Assembly: GCA_038328755.1 (NCBI GenBank)
Contig: JBBQMH010000001.1
Location: forward strand, 18,422-82,421
Reading direction: 5' to 3'
DNA length: 64,000 nt
Source of the DNA: Candidatus Limnocylindrales bacterium
GTDB taxonomy: Bacteria > Chloroflexota > Limnocylindria > Limnocylindrales > CSP1-4
Shown one piece after another: positions 8,811 to 18,135 of the stretch. Position 1 is the first letter of the stretch, and each line of letters begins with the position of its first letter. A model generated the notes under the pieces. It did no database searches, was not told the origin of the DNA, and saw only the letters and a list, made by a program, of their open reading frames with translations. A program made the position numbers and the translations under genes.

Positions 8811-10084
8811 TGCCGATCAGGTCGGTGCTCCGAGTGAGCGCGGGCTCGTGGCTGGCGCTCCCGATCATCCTGCTCGCAGCCCTGTTCTCGCTGGCGCATC
8901 AACCGGCGACGGCCGATCCCTACGCGATCGCACGCTCGGCGGCCGGCACCATCACGCTTGCCTTCGTGGCCCCGATCTGCGCCGCCCTCGGAGCATGGGA
9001 AGGAGCGCGGTTTCGTCGGGCGGCCTGGTGGGCCCTGCCGCACGTCCGATCGCGGGCCGCGATCGCGGCCTGGTCCACGGCACCGGTCATCCTGGCGGGA
9101 TCGATCGCGGTCGCGGTCGCGTCGATCGTCCAGCTCACGCGCGCCGGGTTGTTCGTCCCGGACGCCCGGCTGCTTGCGTTGACCGTGGCCGTGATCTCGG
9201 CGCACACGCTGCTGGGATTCGCAGCCGGCCTCTGGGTGCCGGTCGTCATCGCCGCGCCGGCGGCGCTCATCCTGTCGTTCCTGTGGATGGCGTTTCCGGC
9301 CGCGATGGATCCCCTCTGGCTGCGCCATCTCAACGGCAGCCTGTCAACCTGCTGCGGGCTCCAACAGGATCTCGCGCCCGCGGCAGTGATAGCGGCTTTC
9401 CTCGTTGCTGCCGGCATGGTCGCAGCGGCATTCCTGCTGGTCACACAGCAGGCATGGAGTTGGGTCCGGGGTGCGCTGTCAGTCGTGCCCCTCGCCATCG
9501 CCGTCGCCGCCGGCTCGGTGATCGCGAGCCCACTCGGACCCGACCCGGCGGTCGCCCGTGACGCGTCAGCCCTCGTCTGCGCGACCGATCGTTCTGGTGT
9601 GGAGGTCTGCGTCTGGCGTGAGCACGCGGGTCGGCTTGGCGAGGTGCTCGGAATCGCGGCAGACGCCGTGGCCGCCTGGGATGCGTCCGGGATCCCGACA
9701 CCGCGGCGGTTCACCGAACTGGAGCCCGCGAGCCGTAGCGAGCGCGCGTTCGGGTTCAGTCTCGAATCGACGAAAGCCGACATCGTGGGCTCGCTCGCCT
9801 ACAGCATCCTTCCGCCGTGGCCGTCATGTGCGAACGCGGGGCCGTACCCGTCGGCCCGTGTGCTCGACGAGCTCTACGCGTGGTTTGCCGCCGTCGGAGG
9901 CATGTCCGAGCGCGATCTTGTTCGGCGGTTCGACGTGGCAGCCCCGCCCGGGAGCCAGACTCCGCTCGCTGTCGTCCGCGCGCTCCGGTCCCGACCACCG
10001 GCGGTGCAGCGCCAGTGGGTGAACGGCAATCTCGAGGCGACGCGCAATTGTCTCGACACGCCAGTGGACGTGCCCGACGCTTGA
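8810..10084 (+). CDS. polytopic membrane protein, putative ABC-2-type permease partner (424 aa)
   Basis: ATG overlaps ATPase stop (TGATG); many hydrophobic helices. Confidence 0.55.
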   Translation: MPIRSVLRVSAGSWLALPIILLAALFSLAHQPATADPYAIARSAAGTITLAFVAPICAALGAWEGARFRRAAWWALPHVRSRAAIAAWSTAPVILAGSIAVAVASIVQLTRAGLFVPDARLLALTVAVISAHTLLGFAAGLWVPVVIAAPAALILSFLWMAFPAAMDPLWLRHLNGSLSTCCGLQQDLAPAAVIAAFLVAAGMVAAAFLLVTQQAWSWVRGALSVVPLAIAVAAGSVIASPLGPDPAVARDASALVCATDRSGVEVCVWREHAGRLGEVLGIAADAVAAWDASGIPTPRRFTELEPASRSERAFGFSLESTKADIVGSLAYSILPPWPSCANAGPYPSARVLDELYAWFAAVGGMSERDLVRRFDVAAPPGSQTPLAVVRALRSRPPAVQRQWVNGNLEATRNCLDTPVDVPDA

Positions 10085-10701
10085 ACTACTGGCTTCGCAC
10101 ACGTCGCGCAAAGGCGATTGTCGCCGTCTTCGCGTTCCTTGCCGCGGCGTTCCTTGTGGCCGGGGACGCGACCCTGGCGATGCCGGGGATTCTCTCCTTG
10201 TACGGTCTCGCTGTGCCGGTCGTTCTCCTGGCCCCGCTGGCGCTCTCGAGCGTGCTGGGCTGGGGCCTGATGTCTGGCGAGGAACAGCTCGAGCGAGTCA
10301 GCAGCCGGCCGATCATGAGCATGGATGCCGCGCTCGCGACCGGGACGGCCTTGCTCGCCTGCCTGCTCGCAGTCACGGCAGGGGCCGCAACCGGCTCGCC
10401 ATATGCGGCGGCAGCCGGCCGAAACGCGCTTGGCTACGTCGGACTGATGCTCGTCGGTCGTCGACTGCTGGGAGGCCGCGCCGGGACCCTGGTGCCGCCC
10501 ACGATCGCGGTCCTGATGGCCGTGTTCGGCGGTGATGCGTCGGGCCAGCCCCGCCGGTGGGTCTGGGTCCTGGCGCCCTCGGACGATCTCCTCGCTTGGG
10601 CAGCGGCAGTCATCTCCCTCGCACTTGGGGTTGTGGTGACGGTGGTGGCGCCCGGGTTACGCATTGACTGGGTGCGATCTGGAGGTCGCGCGCAGCGCTG
10701 A
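10081..10701 (+). CDS. membrane protein (206 aa), putative permease partner
   Basis: TTG start overlapping upstream stop (TTGA); ~6 TM helices. Confidence 0.5.
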   Translation: MNYWLRTRRAKAIVAVFAFLAAAFLVAGDATLAMPGILSLYGLAVPVVLLAPLALSSVLGWGLMSGEEQLERVSSRPIMSMDAALATGTALLACLLAVTAGAATGSPYAAAAGRNALGYVGLMLVGRRLLGGRAGTLVPPTIAVLMAVFGGDASGQPRRWVWVLAPSDDLLAWAAAVISLALGVVVTVVAPGLRIDWVRSGGRAQR

Positions 10702-11067
10702 CTGGTGGCAACGATCACCGTTGCGTGTGGCGGCGACATCAACCGCCGCTGGTGAGATCAGCAGTGGCGAGTTTGACGGGTTGAAGCGCGCCTTGGAGCG
10801 GTAGGCCATCCACGCGACGCGCCCGATCACGCCCAGGCGGGTCCCTCGTGTGGGCGTGGTTTCAGGTTGAAGGCCATCGAGGGGAGCGTCGAGCCCACAG
10901 TGAGGCCGAACACCGCGGATAATGAGCAGGGCCACTGGCTACCTGAACCGCTCGACAGAGCGTATCTGGACCTCGCACGAGGGGTGCTCGTCCCCCGACC
11001 CAGGCGCAATCTCCGGCCGCCGGGCCCCGCGGCCCCGCCCGTGCCTTCCCGCGTACACTCCCGAGCC

Positions 11068-12879
11068 GTGACCATCCCTCAGAGCCGCCTGCGCAACTTC
11101 TCGATCATTGCCCATATCGATCATGGAAAGTCCACGCTTGCCGATCGGTTGCTCGAGGCAACGCACGCGATCGATCCCCGGCAGATGACGAGCCAGGTCC
11201 TCGACTCGATGGACCTCGAGCGCGAGAAGGGGATCACGATCAAGGCCCGCGCCGTGCGGCTCGAGTACACCGCGGCCGACGGTCTGCACTACGGGCTCAA
11301 CCTGATCGATACGCCCGGCCATGTTGACTTCAGCTATGAGGTCAGTCGCAGCCTGCAGGCGTGCGAGGGCGCGATCCTCGTCGTCGATGCCGCCCAGGGA
11401 ATCGAGGCCCAGACCCTCGCCAACGTCCACCTGGCCCTCAAGGAGGGCCTCACGATCATTCCGGTCCTCAACAAGATCGACCTGCCGTCGGCCCAGCCAG
11501 ATGTCGTGATGGACGAGCTCGAGAACATCCTGGCCATCCCACGCGAGGAGGTGATCCTCGCCTCGGCGAAAGAGGGCATCGGCATCACCGAGATCCTCGA
11601 AGCGATCGTCGCGCGCATCCCCGCCCCGAAGGGCGATCCCGCCCTCCCGCTCAAGGCGCTCGTCTTCGACTCGCACTACGACCAGTACAAGGGCGTGATC
11701 TGCTACGTCCGCCTCGCCCAGGGCACGCTCCACTCCCATGACCGCGTCCGGCTCATGCAGTCCGGTGCCGAGGCCGACCTCCTCGAACTCGGCTTCTTCC
11801 GGCCCGCGCTGGTGCCCGTTCCGATGATCCACGCCGGTGACGTCGGCTATCTCGCGACGGGACTCAAGAACGTTCGCGAGGCCCAGGTCGGTGACACGAT
11901 CACGAGTGCCGCCGATGGTGCCGCTGAGCCGCTGCCCGGCTACCAGGAGGCCAAGAGCCTCGTATTTGCCGGCATCTATCCGGTCAGCGGCGAGGACTAC
12001 CCGCTCCTCCGCGAAGCCATCGAGAAGCTGCACCTCAACGATGCGTCGTTCACCTACGAGCCCGAGAGCTCGGTTGCGCTGGGCTTCGGGTTCCGATGCG
12101 GATTCCTGGGGCTCCTCCACATGGAGATCGTCCAGGAGCGCCTGGAACGCGAGTTCAACCTCGATCTCATCGCCTCGGCGCCGTCGGTCGAGTACCAGGT
12201 CGTGATGACCCACGGCCGCGGGACGATCACCATCGACAATCCGGCCTTCCTGCCGCCCGTGTCCGAGATCGAGGAGATCCTGGAGCCGTGGGTCCTGCTG
12301 TCCGTAGTGACCCCGTCGAGCTACATCGGCCCGTTGATGGAGCTGTCCACGAACCGGCGTGGCTCGTTCATCGGGCTCGAGTACATCGACCCGGTCCGGG
12401 TGCTCATGAAGTTCGAGCTGCCGCTGGCCGAACTCATCGTCGACTACTTCGACCAGCTGAAGACCCGCACCGCCGGATACGCGTCGATGGATTACGAGGA
12501 GATCGGGTATCGGGCGGCCCACCTCGTCAAGCTCGATGTCCTCGTCGCCGGCGAGCCCGTCGACGCGCTGTCGATGATCGTCCATCGCGACAAGTCGGTC
12601 TCGCTCGGTCGCATCCTGGCCGAGCGGCTGAAGCAGCTGATCCCACGCCAGATGTTCGAGATCCCGATCCAGGCGGCGATCGGCTCGAACGTCGTTGCGC
12701 GCGAATCCGTCCGTGCCATGCGCAAGAACGTCCTCGCCAAGTGCTACGGTGGCGACATCAGCCGCAAGCGCAAGCTGCTCGAGAAACAGAAGGAGGGCAA
12801 GCGCCGTATGAAGCGCGTGGGCTCCGTCGAGATCCCCCAGGAAGCCTTCCTCGCCATGCTCCGGACAGACGAGAACTAG
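11068..12879 (+). CDS. lepA: elongation factor 4 (LepA)
   Basis: [33 protein letters not shown] and LepA C-terminal domain; GTG at 11068 gives ~603 aa, ORF-track start 10867 likely too early. Confidence 0.95.
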   Translation: MTIPQSRLRNFSIIAHIDHGKSTLADRLLEATHAIDPRQMTSQVLDSMDLEREKGITIKARAVRLEYTAADGLHYGLNLIDTPGHVDFSYEVSRSLQACEGAILVVDAAQGIEAQTLANVHLALKEGLTIIPVLNKIDLPSAQPDVVMDELENILAIPREEVILASAKEGIGITEILEAIVARIPAPKGDPALPLKALVFDSHYDQYKGVICYVRLAQGTLHSHDRVRLMQSGAEADLLELGFFRPALVPVPMIHAGDVGYLATGLKNVREAQVGDTITSAADGAAEPLPGYQEAKSLVFAGIYPVSGEDYPLLREAIEKLHLNDASFTYEPESSVALGFGFRCGFLGLLHMEIVQERLEREFNLDLIASAPSVEYQVVMTHGRGTITIDNPAFLPPVSEIEEILEPWVLLSVVTPSSYIGPLMELSTNRRGSFIGLEYIDPVRVLMKFELPLAELIVDYFDQLKTRTAGYASMDYEEIGYRAAHLVKLDVLVAGEPVDALSMIVHRDKSVSLGRILAERLKQLIPRQMFEIPIQAAIGSNVVARESVRAMRKNVLAKCYGGDISRKRKLLEKQKEGKRRMKRVGSVEIPQEAFLAMLRTDEN

Positions 12880-12884
12880 GTTCC

Positions 12885-13637
12885 ATGGAAGAGGGACTCC
12901 GCGCCCTGGTCGCGTTCGGGATCACCCTGCTTCTGGTGATGCTCCGCCTCGAAGCCCAGCGGTTCGGGGCGGCTGAATACGACGAGCCCGTCGGCGGTCA
13001 TCCACCGTCGATCCTGCGACGACTGACCTGGTATGGCATCGGTGTTGCCGGCGTGGCGGCGATCCTCGCCATCCACCCTGCTCCGACCCGGGACCTGTAT
13101 CTGGCCGGTGGCACCCCGGGTGGGTTCGCGCTCGGGTTCCTCCTGGCCGCCATCGGAGGCGGCCTTGCCGTCGGGATCGCCTGGCGCCGCTATCGCCACC
13201 TTCGGCTGCCCGCTGTCGGGCAGTACCCGGGAGCCCTGGTCAACGAGGTAGCGACGGCATTTCTGGACGAGGCGGTCTTCCGGGGCGCCCTCCTCGGGTT
13301 CCTCGTCTTCGGTGGGCTGGATCCGACCCTCGCGCTCGTGACCCAGGCGGTCATCTACACGCTGGCGACGCGCCTCGGGGCGCCCGGCCGCGACCGCTCG
13401 ATGTTCCTGCTCGCCCTCGTGATCGGGCTCGTGGCCGGCTGGGCGACGCTCCTCACCGGCGGCATCGCGGCCGCGATCCTCGGCCACGGCGTCACGCGAG
13501 TGGCCGTGTTCCTGACGACCGGTCATCCAGGCCAGCCCGCTCCACGCGGCGCCGAGGTCGAGGAGATCGAACGCCGCCGGCGCGCGCCCGAAGGCTGGCG
13601 TGTTGTGACTGGCCGGGGTTCGCATCGGGATCGATAG
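12885..13637 (+). CDS. CPBP family intramembrane metalloprotease (CAAX protease-like)
   Basis: TM helices plus EAVFRGALLG (EExxxR) motif; ATG 12885 just after lepA stop. Confidence 0.75.
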   Translation: MEEGLRALVAFGITLLLVMLRLEAQRFGAAEYDEPVGGHPPSILRRLTWYGIGVAGVAAILAIHPAPTRDLYLAGGTPGGFALGFLLAAIGGGLAVGIAWRRYRHLRLPAVGQYPGALVNEVATAFLDEAVFRGALLGFLVFGGLDPTLALVTQAVIYTLATRLGAPGRDRSMFLLALVIGLVAGWATLLTGGIAAAILGHGVTRVAVFLTTGHPGQPAPRGAEVEEIERRRRAPEGWRVVTGRGSHRDR

Positions 13638-13647
13638 CGCGCGCACC

Positions 13648-14943
13648 GTGCTCCCGAGTCCGCCCGAGGCCGATCCGGGTCCCGCGACCCCGGGGCGGCT
13701 CGCCGATCTGGACCCCGCGCCCTCCCCGCCACGCGGCCTCTACATCCACGTTCCGTTTTGCGTCTCGCTCTGCCCGTACTGCGACTTCGTGGTTGTTGCC
13801 GGAGCAGCGGCAAGAGGACCTCGGAACCGGATCGGTGCATTCGTGGCCGCCGTCCGGCGCGAGGTGGAACTGCGCGGCGACGCGGCGACTGCCCGCTGGG
13901 GAGCGCCCGGCGACGCTGCCCGGCCGCCGCTCAGCACGCTCTATTTCGGTGGTGGCACGCCCTCCCTGCTGCCAGCAGCCGAGATCGCCGGGCTGATTGA
14001 CCTCGTTCGAGCGCGTTTCGGGCTGGTGGCCGGCGCAGAGATCACCCTCGAGGCAAATCCTAAGCCCAGTGAGCGCGGCGACGCCGCCGGGCTTTCCGCG
14101 ACCGGCGTGACCCGGATCAGCTTTGGTGCCCAGGCGATGGACGAAGCGACGCTTCGGAGCCTGGGCCGGCGACACCGGCCCGCGGACGTCACCGATGCGG
14201 TGACCGCGGCCCGGGACGCGGGCATTCGCTCGGTCAGTCTGGACCTGCTGTATGACGCCCCGGGCGCCACGGTCGCGGGCTGGGCCGACGGGCTCGAAGC
14301 CGCCCTCGCGCTCGAACCTGACCACCTCTCGCTCTATGCGCTGACCCTTGACGACCCCGACGCGGAAGGGCTCACCGGATCGGGCGGCGACCACCTTCCA
14401 GTCACTCCTGGCGCACGCCGCTGGCGCGAGCGGGCATCTCGAGGCCAGGACGAGGATCGCGGGGCGGACATGTACGAGCACGCGGCGGATCGACTGTCGT
14501 CCGCGGGGTTCCACGGCTACGAGATCAGCAACTGGGCGCGTCCGGGCCATGAGAGCCGCCACAACCTCGCCTACTGGGATCGGTCACCGTACGAGGCCGT
14601 GGGCCCCGGAGCCCACGCCTTTGACGGACGGACACGTCGGTGGAATGCGGCACGTCTTGACCGGTACATGATTGCCCTGACACCGGCGGATGGCGGAGAT
14701 TCGCACCTCCCGCCTGGCGGGGAGGAGGCTATCGGACCGACGGCGGCCGCCGCCGAGCGGGTGATCCTGGGTCTCAGGACTTCGCGGGGATTGCCGGCGG
14801 AAGCTGCGTCCGAGCAGCCGCTGGTCGGGTCCTTCGACTGGGCGCTCAGCGAGGGATTCCTCGAATCCACCTCCGACGATCGCATCATCCTGACCACACG
14901 TGGCCGGCTGCTCGCCAACGCGTTGTTCGCACGGCTGATCTGA
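13648..14943 (+). CDS. hemW: radical SAM heme chaperone HemW (HemN-like)
   Basis: YIHVPFCVSLCPYCDF radical-SAM CxxxCxxC; GGGTPS; conserved position after lepA. Confidence 0.9.
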   Translation: MLPSPPEADPGPATPGRLADLDPAPSPPRGLYIHVPFCVSLCPYCDFVVVAGAAARGPRNRIGAFVAAVRREVELRGDAATARWGAPGDAARPPLSTLYFGGGTPSLLPAAEIAGLIDLVRARFGLVAGAEITLEANPKPSERGDAAGLSATGVTRISFGAQAMDEATLRSLGRRHRPADVTDAVTAARDAGIRSVSLDLLYDAPGATVAGWADGLEAALALEPDHLSLYALTLDDPDAEGLTGSGGDHLPVTPGARRWRERASRGQDEDRGADMYEHAADRLSSAGFHGYEISNWARPGHESRHNLAYWDRSPYEAVGPGAHAFDGRTRRWNAARLDRYMIALTPADGGDSHLPPGGEEAIGPTAAAAERVILGLRTSRGLPAEAASEQPLVGSFDWALSEGFLESTSDDRIILTTRGRLLANALFARLI

Positions 14944-15248
14944 CCGAGGCTCCGAGGATGGGTGTCACGCACGGCCCGACCGGCGGCGAACTGCGACCTG
15001 CCGCTCGCGGTGCTGCTCACCACCTTGTACTCGCCAGGTGGGCGAACGGCAACCACGGCGCGCGCGGCATCGGCCAGGGCGTGCCCGCTGCGTTTCGCCC
15101 CCGACAAGGCCACTGCGCGCCGCCGAGGAGCGGCCGGCCGTCGCACTCGAGGACGCCTGGGATCGCCGGTGGGATCGTCCGAGCAGACCGGGATCGCCGG
15201 CCTGTCACCCTCGGCATCGCTGAACGAAATAAGTAGTGTCGTTCGGGC

Positions 15249-15279
15249 TTGACAGGCACCCGGGCAATGCGCGTAAATC
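15249..15279 (+). promoter_or_regulatory. candidate sigma70-type promoter in AT-rich island (TTGACA-N19-TAAATC)
   Basis: Perfect -35 hexamer inside ~45% GC stretch upstream of 15337 gene. Confidence 0.3.
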
Positions 15280-15336
15280 CTTAGTAATCCACGAGTCAAC
15301 TATAACGCATACGACTTTCGAAGAGCGAATTCTCCC

Positions 15337-15843
15337 ATGAAGCGCGGCCTCAATCCCGTCGCCTTGCTTGTCGTCTTGGTTGGCTTCCCGATCGTGGTTG
15401 GCTTCCGAGGATCGTCATCGCTTGGGGCACCCACCCCACGGACTCCGACCGTGGCGGTCTCCGCTCGGCCGGCTCCATCCGCTACGGTCGGGGCAACGCC
15501 GGTCCGCCTCAGCTTCAAAGGCAAGTCTGAGCCGGTCGCAGCGGCCGCCGACTGTGTCAAGTTGGACCTGTCGACTTTCTACACCGCCTTTTGCCAGTTC
15601 CTTGTCACGCCAGCCTGGAGTCGGATACCAGTTTCGGCGGCCGACATCGGCCCGACTCCTGCAATGCTTGCTCGGTTGGTCCGTGCCGGCGTCGAGAACG
15701 ACCCATCTGTTTGTAGCGGGACCTATGAAAGTCATCCAAGCCTTGGGGCGCGCGTTGCCGAAGTTGACCTTGGCGGTCGTGCTGACGGGTGCCGCATGCC
15801 GCGGCCCAGCGTCCAACACTGGCGTCGATGTCGCATTCGTTAA
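15337..15843 (+). CDS. hypothetical secreted protein (about 130-168 aa; 3' end uncertain)
   Basis: Signal peptide MKRGLNPVALLVVLVGFPIVVGF; C-terminal ~40 aa Arg-rich and overlaps next gene in another frame. Confidence 0.45.
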   Translation: MKRGLNPVALLVVLVGFPIVVGFRGSSSLGAPTPRTPTVAVSARPAPSATVGATPVRLSFKGKSEPVAAAADCVKLDLSTFYTAFCQFLVTPAWSRIPVSAADIGPTPAMLARLVRAGVENDPSVCSGTYESHPSLGARVAEVDLGGRADGCRMPRPSVQHWRRCRIR

Positions 15844-16123
15844 CCTGACAAGCAATCAGGCGCTGGTGTTCTGGTCGGTCGACGCGGCTGGGCTCGCGAG
15901 CGTGCAGCCTGAGGCCGTGGCGCCGTGCACCGTCATGCGCCGTAGCTTCGAACACGGGAAGACATTCACCGTTAAAGTTCAGATCGGAGCTCGCGAGGAC
16001 GAGTTCCCAATCGTCGTTCCCAACGGGTCGGACTCGCGTCAGGACCGAGTCCTGATCACGGCCGAAGGTGCAGACTACCAACAGGGCGCCGTCTGGGACG
16101 TCTCGGCAGCGCCATGCGTCTAG
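15725..16123 (+). CDS. hypothetical lipoprotein (132 aa)
   Basis: MKVIQALGRALPKLTLAVVLTGAAC lipobox. Confidence 0.5.
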   Translation: MKVIQALGRALPKLTLAVVLTGAACRGPASNTGVDVAFVNLTSNQALVFWSVDAAGLASVQPEAVAPCTVMRRSFEHGKTFTVKVQIGAREDEFPIVVPNGSDSRQDRVLITAEGADYQQGAVWDVSAAPCV

Positions 16124-16302
16124 GACGACCAGCGCGGTCCACCCTCTCTGCCAAGCGAAAGCAATGGAGCGGCGCTCCGGCAACTTTAGCGCAGGCCACC
16201 ATCGGGACCATCGCTGTCCTTCGGCACGCCATTGGTGGACGGTTGACGTGTGAGAGGTGGCCGTCCACACAATCGAAACGAAACACCTGACCAGCGAAAC
16301 CG

Positions 16303-16331
16303 TTGACGCTCGAACCTGCCGCTGCTACCAT
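16303..16331 (+). promoter_or_regulatory. hrcA-operon promoter (TTGACG-N17-TACCAT)
   Basis: Canonical spacing immediately upstream of CIRCE. Confidence 0.5.
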
Positions 16332-16342
16332 CCGAAGCATCG

Positions 16343-16369
16343 TTAGCACTCTGGCATGGAGAGTGCTAA
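16343..16369 (+). promoter_or_regulatory. CIRCE operator TTAGCACTC-N9-GAGTGCTAA (HrcA binding site)
   Basis: Perfect match to CIRCE consensus inverted repeat. Confidence 0.9.
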
Positions 16370-16397
16370 CCAACCGTCAGCAACGGGAGTTCAAGCC

Positions 16398-17462
16398 TTG
16401 GCGCGTCGGATCCGTCGCTCCACCGGCCCGCTGGACCGTCGCGCAAACGCGATCCTCCGGGCCGTCATCGATGAATACGTCTCTTCAGCGATCCCCGTGG
16501 GCAGCCTCGCCCTCGTCGAACGCTACGGCCTCGGCGTGTCGAGCGCTACGGTCCGGAACATCCTCGCCGAGCTGGAGTTGTCTGGCCTGCTGACCCATCC
16601 GCACACCTCCGCCGGCCGAATCCCGACCGACGAGGGATATCGCTGGTACGTCGAGTCGATCATCGACTCCGCCCTGATGCCCGAGGTCGAGCAGCTGATG
16701 ATCCGCCACCAGTTCGGCCAGGTCGAATACGCCAATGAGCACTGGTTCCGACTCGCCGCGTCCACCATCGCGTCCGTCACGCGCGCGGCGGGGATCGCCA
16801 CACCGGCCAAGCCCGTCGCGGCCCAGGTCCGGCGCGTGGATCTCGTCGAGATCAACGATCGGCTGGCGAGTCTCGTGGTGGTGCTCCGCGAGGGAACGAT
16901 CAAGCAGGTGCTGATCAACATCGAGGAAGGGACGAGCCAGGAGTCACTGACCGAGGTTGCAGCCGCGCTGAACTCGATCGTGGATGGTCGAAGGGCCGTG
17001 GAGATCAGCCGGGCCATCGCCCGTCTCAGCAGTGCCAGCCCCCAGGCTGACGTGGTTCGCCGGGTCGCCGATCGAATCGTCGCCCTGCTCCGCGAGTACG
17101 ACATGGCCACCGTCGAGGAGGTCTTCAGCGACGGCCTGCTGAACGTCATGGGCGCCCCGGAATTCGCCCAGAGCGACAAGCTTCGACGCGTCTTTTCGGC
17201 CCTCGAGAACCGCGCCTACCTCGGCGAACTGGTCGAGGCCGTGGCTGCGTCCGGCGACGTCCAGGTCTTCATCGGCCACGAGAACGCTCCCGACGACATG
17301 CGCGAAGTCGCCCTGGTGCTGGCGCCATACGGGCAGACCGGCCGGGCCGTCGGGGTCGTCGGTGTCCTTGGCCCGACCCGGATGGCCTATCCACAGGCCA
17401 TCGGAACCGTCCGCTTCGTGTCGGGCCTCATGAACGAACTCGTCGACCACCTGTACGCCTGA
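16398..17462 (+). CDS. hrcA: heat-inducible transcription repressor HrcA
   Basis: LRAVIDEYVSSAIPVGS, ATVRNILAELE, GRIPTDEGYRWYV; ORF-track ATG 16356 lies inside the CIRCE spacer, so TTG 16398 (GGGAG upstream) is proposed. Confidence 0.88.
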   Translation: MARRIRRSTGPLDRRANAILRAVIDEYVSSAIPVGSLALVERYGLGVSSATVRNILAELELSGLLTHPHTSAGRIPTDEGYRWYVESIIDSALMPEVEQLMIRHQFGQVEYANEHWFRLAASTIASVTRAAGIATPAKPVAAQVRRVDLVEINDRLASLVVVLREGTIKQVLINIEEGTSQESLTEVAAALNSIVDGRRAVEISRAIARLSSASPQADVVRRVADRIVALLREYDMATVEEVFSDGLLNVMGAPEFAQSDKLRRVFSALENRAYLGELVEAVAASGDVQVFIGHENAPDDMREVALVLAPYGQTGRAVGVVGVLGPTRMAYPQAIGTVRFVSGLMNELVDHLYA

Positions 17463-17484
17463 CCCGCAGACCAGCAGAGGACCC

Positions 17485-18108
17485 ATGGACAAGCGAACCC
17501 GCGCCAAGCAGCGCGCCGAAGACATCGACATCAGCCCGGTGAAACTCCTCGCGGATATCGAGGAGTTGTCCGGAGCCAGGGACGCCGCACTCGCGGAGAA
17601 GGACGAGTTTCTCGTCGCACTCCAGCGTGAGCGTGCCGAATTCGTGAACTATCGTCGCCGGAGCGCCGAGGAGCGCCAGGCGATGATCGGCCTGGCCGGG
17701 GAGGGCTTGATCAACAAGGTCCTCAACCTCGCCGACGACTTCGACCGCGCAATCGAGGCGCGGCCCGAGAACATCGCCGAGGACCCGTGGGTCGAGGGGA
17801 TCGCCGCCATAGATCGGAAACTCCGCCAGTTACTCGAGAGCGAGGGCGTGTCACCGATTGACGCGACCCCCGGCATGCGCTTCGATCCCCGCGAGCACGA
17901 GGCCGTGGCGAACGTCCCCGGATCGTCGCTGCCGGACGGCGCGATCGTCGGCGAGCTGCGGCGCGGGTATCGACTTCGTGACCGCGTTCTCCGACCGGCC
18001 CTCGTGGCCGTTGCCGCGGGCGGCGATGACAGCACAGGTCCCGGCGGCGCAGGCGCCGCTTCACGGGGCGGCGCAGGCGCCGGACCAACCGACAACCCCA
18101 TCCACTGA
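17485..18108 (+). CDS. grpE: nucleotide exchange factor GrpE
   Basis: GrpE signature ...EFVNYRRR...; between hrcA and dnaK. Confidence 0.9.
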   Translation: MDKRTRAKQRAEDIDISPVKLLADIEELSGARDAALAEKDEFLVALQRERAEFVNYRRRSAEERQAMIGLAGEGLINKVLNLADDFDRAIEARPENIAEDPWVEGIAAIDRKLRQLLESEGVSPIDATPGMRFDPREHEAVANVPGSSLPDGAIVGELRRGYRLRDRVLRPALVAVAAGGDDSTGPGGAGAASRGGAGAGPTDNPIH

Positions 18109-18135
18109 CACCAGCAGACCAACAGGAGCCATCAC

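Noticed and set aside
10939-12585. Long antisense ORFs: 548 aa opposite lepA, 650 aa opposite dnaJ (24698..26650), 570 aa opposite mfd (38684..40396), 600 aa opposite manB (52314..54116)
   Set aside because: Arg/Pro/Gly-rich low-complexity translations typical of spurious ORFs on the antisense strand of high-GC genes; the sense-strand genes have strong homology.
15222-15244. Hairpin GAACGA-N11-TCGTTC downstream of hemW as a terminator
   Set aside because: Only a 6-bp stem with an 11-nt loop and no T-tract, which is too weak to call.
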